The position numbers were made by a program, and so were the translations under genes. DNA of 15,357 bases, taken from UHGV virus genome UHGV-1775856; one strand, written 5' to 3'. The DNA is from a virus. The notes below the pieces were generated by a model, which was not told the origin of the DNA, made no database searches, and was given only the letters and a program-made list of their open reading frames with translations. Positions 7,336 to 15,287 of the stretch are shown here, one piece after another; position 1 is the first letter of the stretch; every line of letters starts with the position of its first letter.

Positions 7336-8925
7336 ATGTCTCAATATTCAATTCAACAGTCATTAGGTAATGCATCCGGCGTCGCGGTTAGCCCGATCAA
7401 TGCCGATGCGACGTTATCTACCGGTGTTGCATTAAATAGCAGCTTGTGGGCTGGTATTGGCGTATTTGCGCGTGGCAAGCCGTTTACTGTTCTTGCGGTT
7501 ACTGAGTCCAATTACGAAGATGTTCTCGGCGAACCGCTGAAGCCGTCTTCCGGCTCACAGTTCGAACCAATTCGCCATGTATACGAAGCTATTCAGCAAA
7601 CATCTGGTTATGTTGTTCGCGCTGTTCCGGATGATGCGAAGTTCCCGATTATTATGTTCGATGAATCAGGCGAACCGGCTTACAGTGCGTTGCCATACGG
7701 TTCTGAAATTGAACTTGATAGTGGCGAAGCCTTTGCTATCTACGTTGATGATGGTGATCCGTGTATTTCACCTACCCGTGAGTTAACCATCGAAACGGCA
7801 ACAGCGGACAGCGCGGGTAATGAACGCTTCCTCTTAAAACTGACCCAGACGACTTCGCTCGGCGTGGTAACGACCCTGGAGACACACACTGTGTCTTTGG
7901 CGGAAGAAGCGAAAGATGACATGGGCCGCTTGTGTTATCTGCCTACGGCTCTGGAAGCCCGTTCTAAATATCTGCGCGCGGTTGTTAATGAAGAGCTGAT
8001 TTCGACAGCGAAAGTAACAAACAAAAAATCGTTGGCGTTCACTGGCGGTACCAACGGCGATCAGTCGAAAATCTCAACCGCTGCGTACCTGCGTGCGGTG
8101 AAAGTGCTGAACAATGCGCCGTACATGTACACCGTTGTTCTCGGCCTGGGGTGCTATGACAATGCGGCGATCACTGCGTTAGGTAATATCTGTTCTGATC
8201 GCCTGATTGATGGCTTCTTTGATGTCAAACCGACATTGACGTACACGGAAGCGATCTCTGCTGTTGAAGATACCGGTTTACTTGGTACCGATTATGTAAG
8301 CTGTGCTGTCTATCATTTCCCGTTCTCCTGCAAAGACAAATGGACCCAATCCCGCGTGGTCTTCGGTCTGTCTGGCGCGGCGTATGCGGCGAAAGCTCGT
8401 GGCGTCAAGAAAAACTCCGATGTCGGCGGTTGGCATTACTCACCGGCTGGTGAAGAACGTGCCGTCATAGCTCGTGCATCACTTCAGCCGCTGTATCCTG
8501 AAGACACCCCGGACGAAGAAGCTATGGTCAAGGGCCGACTCAATAAAGTATCTGTAGGTACTTCGGGCCAGATGATCATCGATGATGCTTTAACTTGCTG
8601 CACGCAGGACAACTATCTGCATTTCCAGCACGTCCCATCCCTGATGAACGCAATCAGCCGTTTCTTTGTCCAGTTAGCCCGACAGATGAAGCATAACCCG
8701 GACGGCATTACTGAGTCTGGCCTGACTAAAGGGATGACCAAACTTTTGGATCGCTTTGTCGCCTCCGGCGCTCTGGTGGCTCCTCGTGATCCTGATGCTG
8801 ACGGTACAGAACCGTATGTGCTGAAAGTTACGCAGGCGGAATTCGATAAATGGGAAGTAGTCTGGGCCTGCTGCCCGACTGGCGTAGCCCGTCGTATCCA
8901 GGGCGTACCGCTGCTTATTAAGTAA
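7336..8925 (+). CDS. contractile tail sheath-like protein
   Basis: 529 aa; AGGGAAAG Shine-Dalgarno. The segment AAYAAKARGVKKNSDVGGWHYSPAG resembles the recalled P2 FI sheath segment (ARALGLRAKIDQEQGWHKT), and the C-terminal region has sheath-like hydrophobic periodicity; the size fits a sheath subunit. Confidence 0.7.
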   Translation: MSQYSIQQSLGNASGVAVSPINADATLSTGVALNSSLWAGIGVFARGKPFTVLAVTESNYEDVLGEPLKPSSGSQFEPIRHVYEAIQQTSGYVVRAVPDDAKFPIIMFDESGEPAYSALPYGSEIELDSGEAFAIYVDDGDPCISPTRELTIETATADSAGNERFLLKLTQTTSLGVVTTLETHTVSLAEEAKDDMGRLCYLPTALEARSKYLRAVVNEELISTAKVTNKKSLAFTGGTNGDQSKISTAAYLRAVKVLNNAPYMYTVVLGLGCYDNAAITALGNICSDRLIDGFFDVKPTLTYTEAISAVEDTGLLGTDYVSCAVYHFPFSCKDKWTQSRVVFGLSGAAYAAKARGVKKNSDVGGWHYSPAGEERAVIARASLQPLYPEDTPDEEAMVKGRLNKVSVGTSGQMIIDDALTCCTQDNYLHFQHVPSLMNAISRFFVQLARQMKHNPDGITESGLTKGMTKLLDRFVASGALVAPRDPDADGTEPYVLKVTQAEFDKWEVVWACCPTGVARRIQGVPLLIK

Positions 8926-8934
8926 GGAAATACA

Positions 8935-9750
8935 ATGAGCAAAAACTTTTTTCAATCCGGGGCATTTTTGGGGAATGGACTGTCTCGTTTCGCTTTGAAC
9001 TCTGATCCTGTGCAGTTGATGGAGTCTGCCCGAGCAAGCGCCGAACCGACAACAGATCCGGTTATTAATAATAATCCGAAACCGGCGGCACAGACTAACG
9101 ATAACGTTCCATCTGCCACGGCTCCTGAGCAAATCCTGGAAGGGAAAGACGGTAAAGAATGGACCGTCGAACAGGCGCACCAGATGATTCTGGAAGCTGC
9201 AAATCGAAGTGCTATGCAGAATGCGTTGAGTGATGCGGCCGACGCCGTTTTCGCCTGGGCTGATAGCGGTGATCTGACTTTCGACTCCCTTGATGGTTTC
9301 GTTCAGGCTATCGCTGGTATCTCTGATGACGACGACTCCGAAGTTACAGAAGAACAGGACGATGCCTATAACGAAGCATGGGCAAATGTTGCTGACTTCC
9401 TCGCAGCATGCGGTGTAGATGATGACCTGATCGAAGCACTGGCTGACGATGAAGACGACGACGCAGCTGCTGATGTTGGTGCCTCTATCGCTGGTTTAGA
9501 TAGCGACGACCGTGACGAACTGGAAGCGGCGTTTGTTGTTGCTGGCACTTCTGATGAAATGCTGACTGAAGCATTTAAGAAGGTTGTTCGTAACGGTGAG
9601 ATCAAACTCATCCGTAAACGCCTGCGTAAAAAACGTCTGACTGCGGCTCAAAAATCGGCGCTGAAAAAAGCGCGTCGTAAAGCCCAGACCGGCGCGGCAA
9701 AACTGGCCCGCAAAAAGTCAATGAAACTGCGCCGTAAGCGCCTCGGCTAA
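8935..9750 (+). CDS. highly acidic protein with a Lys/Arg-rich C-terminal tail, function unknown
   Basis: 271 aa; Shine-Dalgarno AAGGAAA; Asp/Glu-rich central region (for example DDDDSEVTEEQDD and ADDEDDDAAAD), and a last ~50 aa that are almost all K/R/A. Confidence 0.7.
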   Translation: MSKNFFQSGAFLGNGLSRFALNSDPVQLMESARASAEPTTDPVINNNPKPAAQTNDNVPSATAPEQILEGKDGKEWTVEQAHQMILEAANRSAMQNALSDAADAVFAWADSGDLTFDSLDGFVQAIAGISDDDDSEVTEEQDDAYNEAWANVADFLAACGVDDDLIEALADDEDDDAAADVGASIAGLDSDDRDELEAAFVVAGTSDEMLTEAFKKVVRNGEIKLIRKRLRKKRLTAAQKSALKKARRKAQTGAAKLARKKSMKLRRKRLG

Positions 9751-9785
9751 AGGAGGAGGCCGGAGAACTCCGGCCTTTAACTTGA

Positions 9786-10367
9786 ATGGCACCTATACCT
9801 TATGGGGTTTACAGCCAGGCTGACGGTGTATCGCCATATCTGAAAGTTACTTTAACGAACTCTCAGTACCAGGTTACCGGATATATCAGCCAGGGAGCGG
9901 CAATGAACATGGCCCAGAATTGGGAAGCGCCGTTTACCGGTATGTCCATGGGATCTGTTGCTGGTGCCTTCAGTGGTTTTGCGCAGGTTGGTACTGAAAC
10001 AACGTCGGTTGCCCGTTGGAACAGCTTAATGGTTTGGGAAGGGGGAACACCGCCGACTTTCACGCTGCCAGTAACTTTCATCGCTTTGTTTGACCCATTC
10101 ACGGAGGTTTCAGGAGCTATCGCCGCATTGTCAGCGATGATTAGCCCGGAACTTAAAGATGCCAGTATTGGTGGTCGAATCCCGGAGCGTGTGACGCTAA
10201 ACATTGGTCGCCGGATCAACATCATTGATGTCGCTATCCAGGACATAAGTTTCGATCTCGATGCGCCCAGGGACAGCAATGGGCATTTCCTGAAAAACAC
10301 CGTCAACCTCCAGTTGACCGGTTCTTCGATATATAACAGCTCCGATATTGTTCGGGCGTTCCAGTAA
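9786..10367 (+). CDS. hypothetical protein in the tail/baseplate-associated module
   Basis: 193 aa, co-directional and tightly packed in the structural operon; the nearest Shine-Dalgarno (AGGAGGAGG, 9751-9759) is separated from the ATG by a hairpin. Confidence 0.65.
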   Translation: MAPIPYGVYSQADGVSPYLKVTLTNSQYQVTGYISQGAAMNMAQNWEAPFTGMSMGSVAGAFSGFAQVGTETTSVARWNSLMVWEGGTPPTFTLPVTFIALFDPFTEVSGAIAALSAMISPELKDASIGGRIPERVTLNIGRRINIIDVAIQDISFDLDAPRDSNGHFLKNTVNLQLTGSSIYNSSDIVRAFQ

Positions 10368-10378
10368 AAGGATTTTAT

Positions 10379-10888
10379 ATGGGGCACAATAATACTAAGG
10401 GAAACCGTAAATTTATTAAGGGCCGCTATACTGCCAACGCGGCCAAAGGCGAACGACTGGTATCTTCTGAATTCCAGCTCACTTTTGCAGGCCATGAAGA
10501 TATCAGCGTACTGGTTCGCACGTCGCAAATTCCTGAAATGACCCGCGAGGATGTGGAGGACTATGGTCCGAATGGTGTGAAGTTCAACCAGCACGGTCCA
10601 ATTCGAAACTCTGGGGAAATCCAGGTCCAGTGCGTGGAGACTATCGAAGGCGATATTCTTCAGTTCATTAAAGATCGCATTGCGGCGAAGGACTATGTTG
10701 ATATCACGATGGCTGCGACCCCTGAATCCAAATCTTCCGGGGTTAACGCTGTGACAAAAGCTGCTACAACAATTGAAATGTTGGACTGCAAAATCTACAG
10801 TGATGCAATCGACTTTAGTACCGAAGATGTGACTGCTGCTGTGCGCCCGTCACTTCGTATCGTCTACAACTGGATTGAGTGGGATTAA
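10379..10888 (+). CDS. hypothetical protein, possible tail tube or baseplate component
   Basis: 169 aa; AAGGA Shine-Dalgarno 6 nt before the ATG; last gene before a strong terminator; the size is typical of contractile-tail tube or baseplate subunits. Confidence 0.7.
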   Translation: MGHNNTKGNRKFIKGRYTANAAKGERLVSSEFQLTFAGHEDISVLVRTSQIPEMTREDVEDYGPNGVKFNQHGPIRNSGEIQVQCVETIEGDILQFIKDRIAAKDYVDITMAATPESKSSGVNAVTKAATTIEMLDCKIYSDAIDFSTEDVTAAVRPSLRIVYNWIEWD

Positions 10889-10906
10889 GAGTCATCCCTT
10901 GTATTT

Positions 10907-10931
10907 TAAAGCTCCTTCGGGAGCTTTTTTT
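10907..10931 (+). terminator. rho-independent terminator closing the structural operon
   Basis: AAAGCTCC (10908-10915), loop TTCG, GGAGCTTT, then a run of seven T. Confidence 0.75.
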
Positions 10932-10991
10932 ATAACTATTTTATATAAACATGCATCGATAACATTGTCTGGAGTTTTATGTTAGATTATT

Positions 10992-11008
10992 AATGTTCTA
11001 ATAAACTA
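10992..11008 (+). promoter_or_regulatory. C1-repressor-operator-like site upstream of the 210-aa gene
   Basis: AATGTTCTAATAAACTA matches the P1 C1 operator consensus ATTGCTCTAATAAATTT at 13 of 17 positions, including the CTAATAAA core, inside an AT-rich promoter-like region. Confidence 0.35.
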
Positions 11009-11059
11009 CAATTATTGAGGTAGATGTTTGTGCCTGTACTGTTAAAGGGGGACTCTAAA

Positions 11060-11656
11060 ATGGCTGTGATTCCAATGTCGTACTCCCCGGGTACTGTCGC
11101 TCGTCGATTTTCGATCCTGGACGGAGTTACCATCCAGGGTGTGCTTTACCAGGTTATATGGGATTCCAAAACCCCATTTGCAGCTGTAATAGAGGCTGCG
11201 CCTTCTATTATCGATGGTGATATGCGCCATAAGGTTGTCGCTACTCTTGAACTTCAACGTCGCCCGCAGCTTGAAGGCGTACTGGTAAGGAAGTTCTGGG
11301 AGGATAGCGATGTTGCCCAGATTGAAGGTATCGTGGTTGATGGAACCGTCCGGGATGTCGGTTTAGCTACTTTTGTTTACGAAACCGTAGCCTCAAAAGC
11401 TGGTGTTGTTTTGCTCAGTGATAATGAGCAATACGAAGGTGGAAAAGCTCTTTGGCAACACATCGCCCGTCGCTCTTCCGAGCTAAAAGTGTTTATCCTT
11501 GACACCGATGCCGCTCAGTATTACCCGTTTGACGGCGAACGTGTTTGCTATGACGGGGTAAGTATTCCTGAATCCGAGATATGGAGTGAACACCCAGATC
11601 GAAGTAAGCATGGGGTTGTTCTGGTCGCTGAATCCATAATTGGAAATGCGGCATAG
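11060..11656 (+). CDS. hypothetical protein, about 200 aa, function unknown; likely C1-controlled
   Basis: ORF track 11024-11656. ATG at 11060 has AAGGGGG about 9 nt upstream; the ATG at 11024 has GAGGT only 3 nt upstream. It has its own promoter region after the operon terminator. Confidence 0.65.
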   Translation: MAVIPMSYSPGTVARRFSILDGVTIQGVLYQVIWDSKTPFAAVIEAAPSIIDGDMRHKVVATLELQRRPQLEGVLVRKFWEDSDVAQIEGIVVDGTVRDVGLATFVYETVASKAGVVLLSDNEQYEGGKALWQHIARRSSELKVFILDTDAAQYYPFDGERVCYDGVSIPESEIWSEHPDRSKHGVVLVAESIIGNAA

Positions 11657-11838
11657 CAGTAAAAAATTCCTTGCTCCTTAAAAGGGGAGAGGGTTAATCT
11701 ACGTATGCTAAGCATAGAGATGGCCTCAGATTAATGTTAAGCGTCTTGCAGGACGCGTAATGTTATCTGGGGCGTTCTTCTATCTGCTTTTCGGGTAATG
11801 CCTGAAGCAGATAGCCTCAAGCACCCGTAACGATTGTA

Positions 11839-12165
11839 TCAATGTCTGGCTTTTTTTCTATAGAAATCACCAGGAAGGGTGAATATCCACATCAGAAGAA
11901 ATGTTGCAGCAAACATGATCCCTAATGGCCAGACCGCGCCAAAGAAAATCCATACTAAGATCTCCTCTGTTCGTTCTTTGCGGTCGATATCGACAAGCAT
12001 TCTTCGGCTGATCATGTATACACAGAAGCCAATACAAACATATCCTGCAAAAGCGATCGCTAACTGTAAAAAATCAGATTGCCTCTCCGACCTCAAACTG
12101 AAAACGCCAGGTGACTCCAGATTAGAGCAATCTATCACCCTCTGAATCCTGCCGGTATACCCCAT
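11839..12165 (-). CDS. possible small membrane protein with two hydrophobic helices, overlapping the 3' end of repL
   Basis: Two hydrophobic segments (LAIAFAGYVCIGFCVYMI and ILVWIFFGAVWPLGIMFAATFLLMWIF); no convincing Shine-Dalgarno at any candidate start (12165, 12015 or 12000); the position matches where P1 has the small rlf genes downstream of repL, by recollection. Confidence 0.3.
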   Translation of the reverse strand: MGYTGRIQRVIDCSNLESPGVFSLRSERQSDFLQLAIAFAGYVCIGFCVYMISRRMLVDIDRKERTEEILVWIFFGAVWPLGIMFAATFLLMWIFTLPGDFYRKKARH

Positions 12166-12980
12166 TGTTCGTTATCTTTATTTTTGGCTAAAACCGCATT
12201 AAGAGCTTCGTTTACCGTCATGCAATGCGGCAGATTATCGAAGTTTGATACACCGCCAATATCAGGAGAACGCTTGTTCTTCAGGTAAGCATATTTCCGC
12301 GCTGCCGCCTCTACTTTCTGCTTGAACTCATGTTTTTGAGCGCGTTTTTTGGATAACCGCAGATTGTCAGCCTTTGTTTTTGCCTCAGCGATCCATGAAG
12401 TCAATTTTTTGAGTCTGGTCGTTCCGGCACCGCCGGAAACTGATCTTTTTGTTTTTTTAACTTGTGACTTCTTATTCTTTATTGCCACGTCATCCTGACA
12501 GGGGGAGGGGGTATCATTTTGACATGGGGGTGTGGATAAAAAATTAAATAAAGCCAATGTCTTAGCGAGAACAGCTTTAACCTTGGTTGCCGCTGAAGAG
12601 ATCTTTAATTTGCTTTCAATCAGCGCATTTTTGGCTTGTTGTGCGAAGGCCAAAAAGGATGGTGTAAACCGGTACAGGTTAGCGCGACGTTCACGGTGAT
12701 CGCCGATAACAATCTCTACAGACAGAATTCCTTTGTTTACAGCTTCACGGAATGCACGAACGACGGTTGATTGGCTATAACCAGTTTCTGCCGCGATCAG
12801 GCGGTGAGGCTTGTGAATGAAGTATTCACTGGTTGTTGCCGCTAGATTTGCACATTGCGACAGGATATGCCCGGCGCTACGGGATAGACCGGAGTGTGTT
12901 ACAAAGCAGGCCAATTCATAGCCAGAAAAAGTAAAATCGCTCATCGTTATACAGCTCAGGAAAGTGACTTTAGCCAGCAT
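12135..12980 (-). CDS. repL: lytic replication protein RepL
   Basis: 281 aa, directly downstream of kilA in the same orientation and under a C1 operator, as in the P1 lytic replicon; the RepL length matches my recollection; the N-terminal third looks like a winged-helix domain. Confidence 0.8.
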   Translation of the reverse strand: MLAKVTFLSCITMSDFTFSGYELACFVTHSGLSRSAGHILSQCANLAATTSEYFIHKPHRLIAAETGYSQSTVVRAFREAVNKGILSVEIVIGDHRERRANLYRFTPSFLAFAQQAKNALIESKLKISSAATKVKAVLAKTLALFNFLSTPPCQNDTPSPCQDDVAIKNKKSQVKKTKRSVSGGAGTTRLKKLTSWIAEAKTKADNLRLSKKRAQKHEFKQKVEAAARKYAYLKNKRSPDIGGVSNFDNLPHCMTVNEALNAVLAKNKDNEQWGIPAGFRG

Positions 12981-13009
12981 TACAATGCTGGTGGTTCTTA
13001 CTACGTCTG

Positions 13010-13810
13010 TTAGCGCGTTGCCGCGACAGGTACCAGCACACCAGCATCAAGCAATCGCTTCATCAGCCACTGCTGACCTTTGCCGGTTATACGAGTCGTG
13101 AAAGAAATCCTGCTTCCATTGCTTGTATCGATCACGGTTTCTTTAAGGGTGAAATACCCACGGGATATGTATTCTTGTTTGGGGACGTTCCTGCGTTCAC
13201 CGGTTGCGATCAGAATTCCGTTATCACGCAACCAGGTGAAGAGATAGTTTTGGCCCAGGCCGAGCACTTTGGCATAGTTGCCGATTAGAACCCCGCTGGC
13301 GGTAGCAACGCGTTCGGCGAATTCGACTTTAGGTGCATCCATCAGCATTTTTTGCTCCAGCCGTTGCTTTTGCTCTGCCAGGTCAGCAGCCAAACGGAGA
13401 GCTTCTGGGAGGCTCTTCGGAATAGCAGGTTGTAATCTTCCGGCTCGATAGTCGATAAATGTCTGGTTTACCTTCAGCCGAAACGCGGGAGAAATCCAGC
13501 CTGCGTACTCCACTGCGAGCAATTCATGGGCAAAAGTGCCGCCGCCACGGCCTTCGAACGAAACTATGCAATTCTGCATAGTTTCTTTTTCAAGCTCTTC
13601 GATGAGCTGTTTGGCTGACAGCGTTCTTAGCCATTGAGCTGGCGCTTTATGGGCACCGAGTCCGCTCGCTCTGTGTAGAGCATTAAGGTTGTAACGGCCA
13701 GCGCGGTCGGTCGTAATTTCAACACCACAAATAACGGGCAGAGTGGTTGAAGGATCGACATTTTGATGAAGGTTTGATATATTCATATCCGCATTGAATG
13801 TTTGTTGCAT
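13010..13810 (-). CDS. kilA: KilA (KilA-N domain at the N-terminus, KilAC domain at the C-terminus)
   Basis: 266 aa, the P1 KilA length as I recall it; GGAG Shine-Dalgarno 6 nt before the ATG at 13810; the C-terminal ~130 aa are clearly paralogous to the C-terminus of the upstream ant gene. Confidence 0.85.
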   Translation of the reverse strand: MQQTFNADMNISNLHQNVDPSTTLPVICGVEITTDRAGRYNLNALHRASGLGAHKAPAQWLRTLSAKQLIEELEKETMQNCIVSFEGRGGGTFAHELLAVEYAGWISPAFRLKVNQTFIDYRAGRLQPAIPKSLPEALRLAADLAEQKQRLEQKMLMDAPKVEFAERVATASGVLIGNYAKVLGLGQNYLFTWLRDNGILIATGERRNVPKQEYISRGYFTLKETVIDTSNGSRISFTTRITGKGQQWLMKRLLDAGVLVPVAATR

Positions 13811-13879
13811 TTTTTCTCCAAATTTGCATCAACCTTCAATCACCAGCTCGAAATGGTGATTCTTTGCACTTAGAAAACG

Positions 13880-13896
13880 AAATTTATTAGAGCAAA
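13880..13896 (-). promoter_or_regulatory. C1 repressor operator (Op53-like) in the kilA-repL promoter region
   Basis: The minus strand reads TTTGCTCTAATAAATTT, a 16 of 17 match to the P1 C1 operator consensus ATTGCTCTAATAAATTT, about 70 bp upstream of the kilA start. Three GATC sites lie just upstream at 13909-13931. Confidence 0.65.
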
Positions 13897-13941
13897 TTTT
13901 TCTGATTCGATCCAGATCGGGTTGGACGATCTGCTCAGAAA

Positions 13942-13968
13942 CCTGCCAGTTTGCTGGCAGGTTTTTTT
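13942..13968 (+). terminator. hairpin plus T-run in the ant-kilA intergenic region; strong intrinsic terminator in plus-strand orientation, weaker on the minus strand
   Basis: CCTGCCAG (13942-13949), loop TTTG, CTGGCAGG, then TTTTTTT (13962-13968). On the minus strand, which is the direction of ant transcription, only UUUCU follows the stem. Confidence 0.5.
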
Positions 13969-13974
13969 CTTTTG

Positions 13975-15018
13975 TTAACCTATTGCTACTGGTTTTAACA
14001 AACCAGCATCAAGTAGCTTGCGAGTTAACCACTGCTGGCCTTTACCCGTTAATTGGGGCGTCAGCCGTATCTGGTAGCCATTTTCATCATCCAGCACCAC
14101 TTCTTTCACCGTGAAATACCCGGCGTTGATGTACTGTTGGCGCGGTACGTTTTTGCGCGCACCAAAAGCCATGAGAATGCCGTTCTGGCGCAACCATGAG
14201 AAAAGGGCGTTTTGCTTAAGTCCAACGACCTTTGCAAAGTTCCCGATCAGGATTCCATTGGCCACTGATACCCGGTCGGCAAAATCGACTTTAGGGGCTG
14301 CGGCCACCAGCTGTTGTTCCAGCTGCATTTTCTGTTCTGCCAACTCGGCAGCCAGGCGTAGAGCTTCTGGTAATGTTTGGGGGATCGATGGGGTAGGGGA
14401 GTTTGCCTGCTGCAATTCTTCCAGTTTGTCGATCAGCGAACGGCGGACGGCTTTTGATTCGCGTGCGGCGACTCGCAGGGCTTGTTTGTAGGTCATGGTT
14501 ATGACAACCATAGGCGTACCGCCACCTGGCGGCACGGTTGCACTTTTTGTGTAACCGTCCTCACCTTCTAATTCGTCGAGTATTTTTTCGATGAATTTGT
14601 TGTTCCGAACCTCTGGTTCCCCACATAACTTACGCGCTTCATTGACCATCTTTAACAGTGTCAGGCTGTCGATTGTGTCTCCGGTGTTGGGGATGATATT
14701 CACGGCTGGTGCTGGCGTAGCTGACGTAACAGGTGCTGTTTTTTCAACATTCAAATTATTACCGGTCATTCTATGTGCCTCCTTTCTCATTTCTGCTGCC
14801 ACTGTTGCGTAACGTAGACGTCCTTGTTCAATCAAATAATCCCTGATCTCGGCTATCAGTAGCTTGTTGATCACAGCCTTATCTGTTCGGGTATAAAAAC
14901 GTCTGGTTATCATGAAATAGTTGGCAATTGCGCCGGGGATCTCCCGTGTCGGCATACAGGCAGTATGCAGGGCGATCGCTTCGGCTATGTCATTACGGGT
15001 GACGAGAGGTTTTTTCAT
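13975..15018 (-). CDS. ant: antirepressor Ant (AntA/Rha-like middle region plus C-terminal KilAC domain)
   Basis: 347 aa; the start ATG overlaps the icd stop in an ATGA arrangement; GGGGGG Shine-Dalgarno; the C-terminal KilAC domain is paralogous to kilA; internal in-frame Met codons could give a shorter Ant2-like product. Confidence 0.8.
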   Translation of the reverse strand: MKKPLVTRNDIAEAIALHTACMPTREIPGAIANYFMITRRFYTRTDKAVINKLLIAEIRDYLIEQGRLRYATVAAEMRKEAHRMTGNNLNVEKTAPVTSATPAPAVNIIPNTGDTIDSLTLLKMVNEARKLCGEPEVRNNKFIEKILDELEGEDGYTKSATVPPGGGTPMVVITMTYKQALRVAARESKAVRRSLIDKLEELQQANSPTPSIPQTLPEALRLAAELAEQKMQLEQQLVAAAPKVDFADRVSVANGILIGNFAKVVGLKQNALFSWLRQNGILMAFGARKNVPRQQYINAGYFTVKEVVLDDENGYQIRLTPQLTGKGQQWLTRKLLDAGLLKPVAIG

Positions 15019-15236
15019 AAACCCCCCTGAACGTCGGCAGAGAAGGGGAGGCTCCAGTAACTAAGTGGGTTGCGGGAGTTAGTTGAAAAACGGGCAGTAA
15101 AAATGCAGGGGCCGTCAGGCAATTGAGAGCGTGCTTCGTCTTCTGTTGCTGCGATAACGAAGTGATAGTGGTGTTTTTTACAGGAATAGAAACGCCAGAT
15201 GAATTCTTGGCGTGCGCAAGGATTGGCATTAACCAT
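15015..15236 (-). CDS. icd: Icd-like small protein (immI operon), translationally coupled to ant
   Basis: 73-aa ORF with GAGG Shine-Dalgarno; its TGA stop overlaps the ant ATG; the position and 73-aa size match P1 icd as I recall it. The upstream c4 RNA region is cut off by adapter sequence. Confidence 0.55.
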   Translation of the reverse strand: MVNANPCARQEFIWRFYSCKKHHYHFVIAATEDEARSQLPDGPCIFTARFSTNSRNPLSYWSLPFSADVQGGL

Positions 15237-15287
15237 AGTTACGGCCTCACAATCAGGTTTAACAACCTGCTACCCGCTGTCAAACAG

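Noticed and set aside
8674-9180. 168-aa and 109-aa minus-strand ORFs across the sheath gene 3' end and the acidic-protein gene
   Set aside because: They are antisense to supported genes, with no Shine-Dalgarno or promoter context.
9863-10594. 243-aa ORF on the minus strand
   Set aside because: It lies entirely antisense to two well-supported, tightly coupled plus-strand genes with good ribosome-binding sites and has no start-site signals of its own; it is most likely a chance open frame.
12115-12131. Partial C1-operator-like sequence (minus strand ATTGCTCTAAT followed by CTGGAG)
   Set aside because: Only the left 11 bp match the 17-bp consensus and the right half is unrelated; it lies in coding sequence at the repL 3' end. 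It is kept as a note under the small membrane ORF rather than called as an operator.
14111-14812. Plus-strand ORFs of 126 aa and 73 aa inside the ant gene
   Set aside because: They are antisense to a well-supported gene with translational coupling to icd; no signals of their own.
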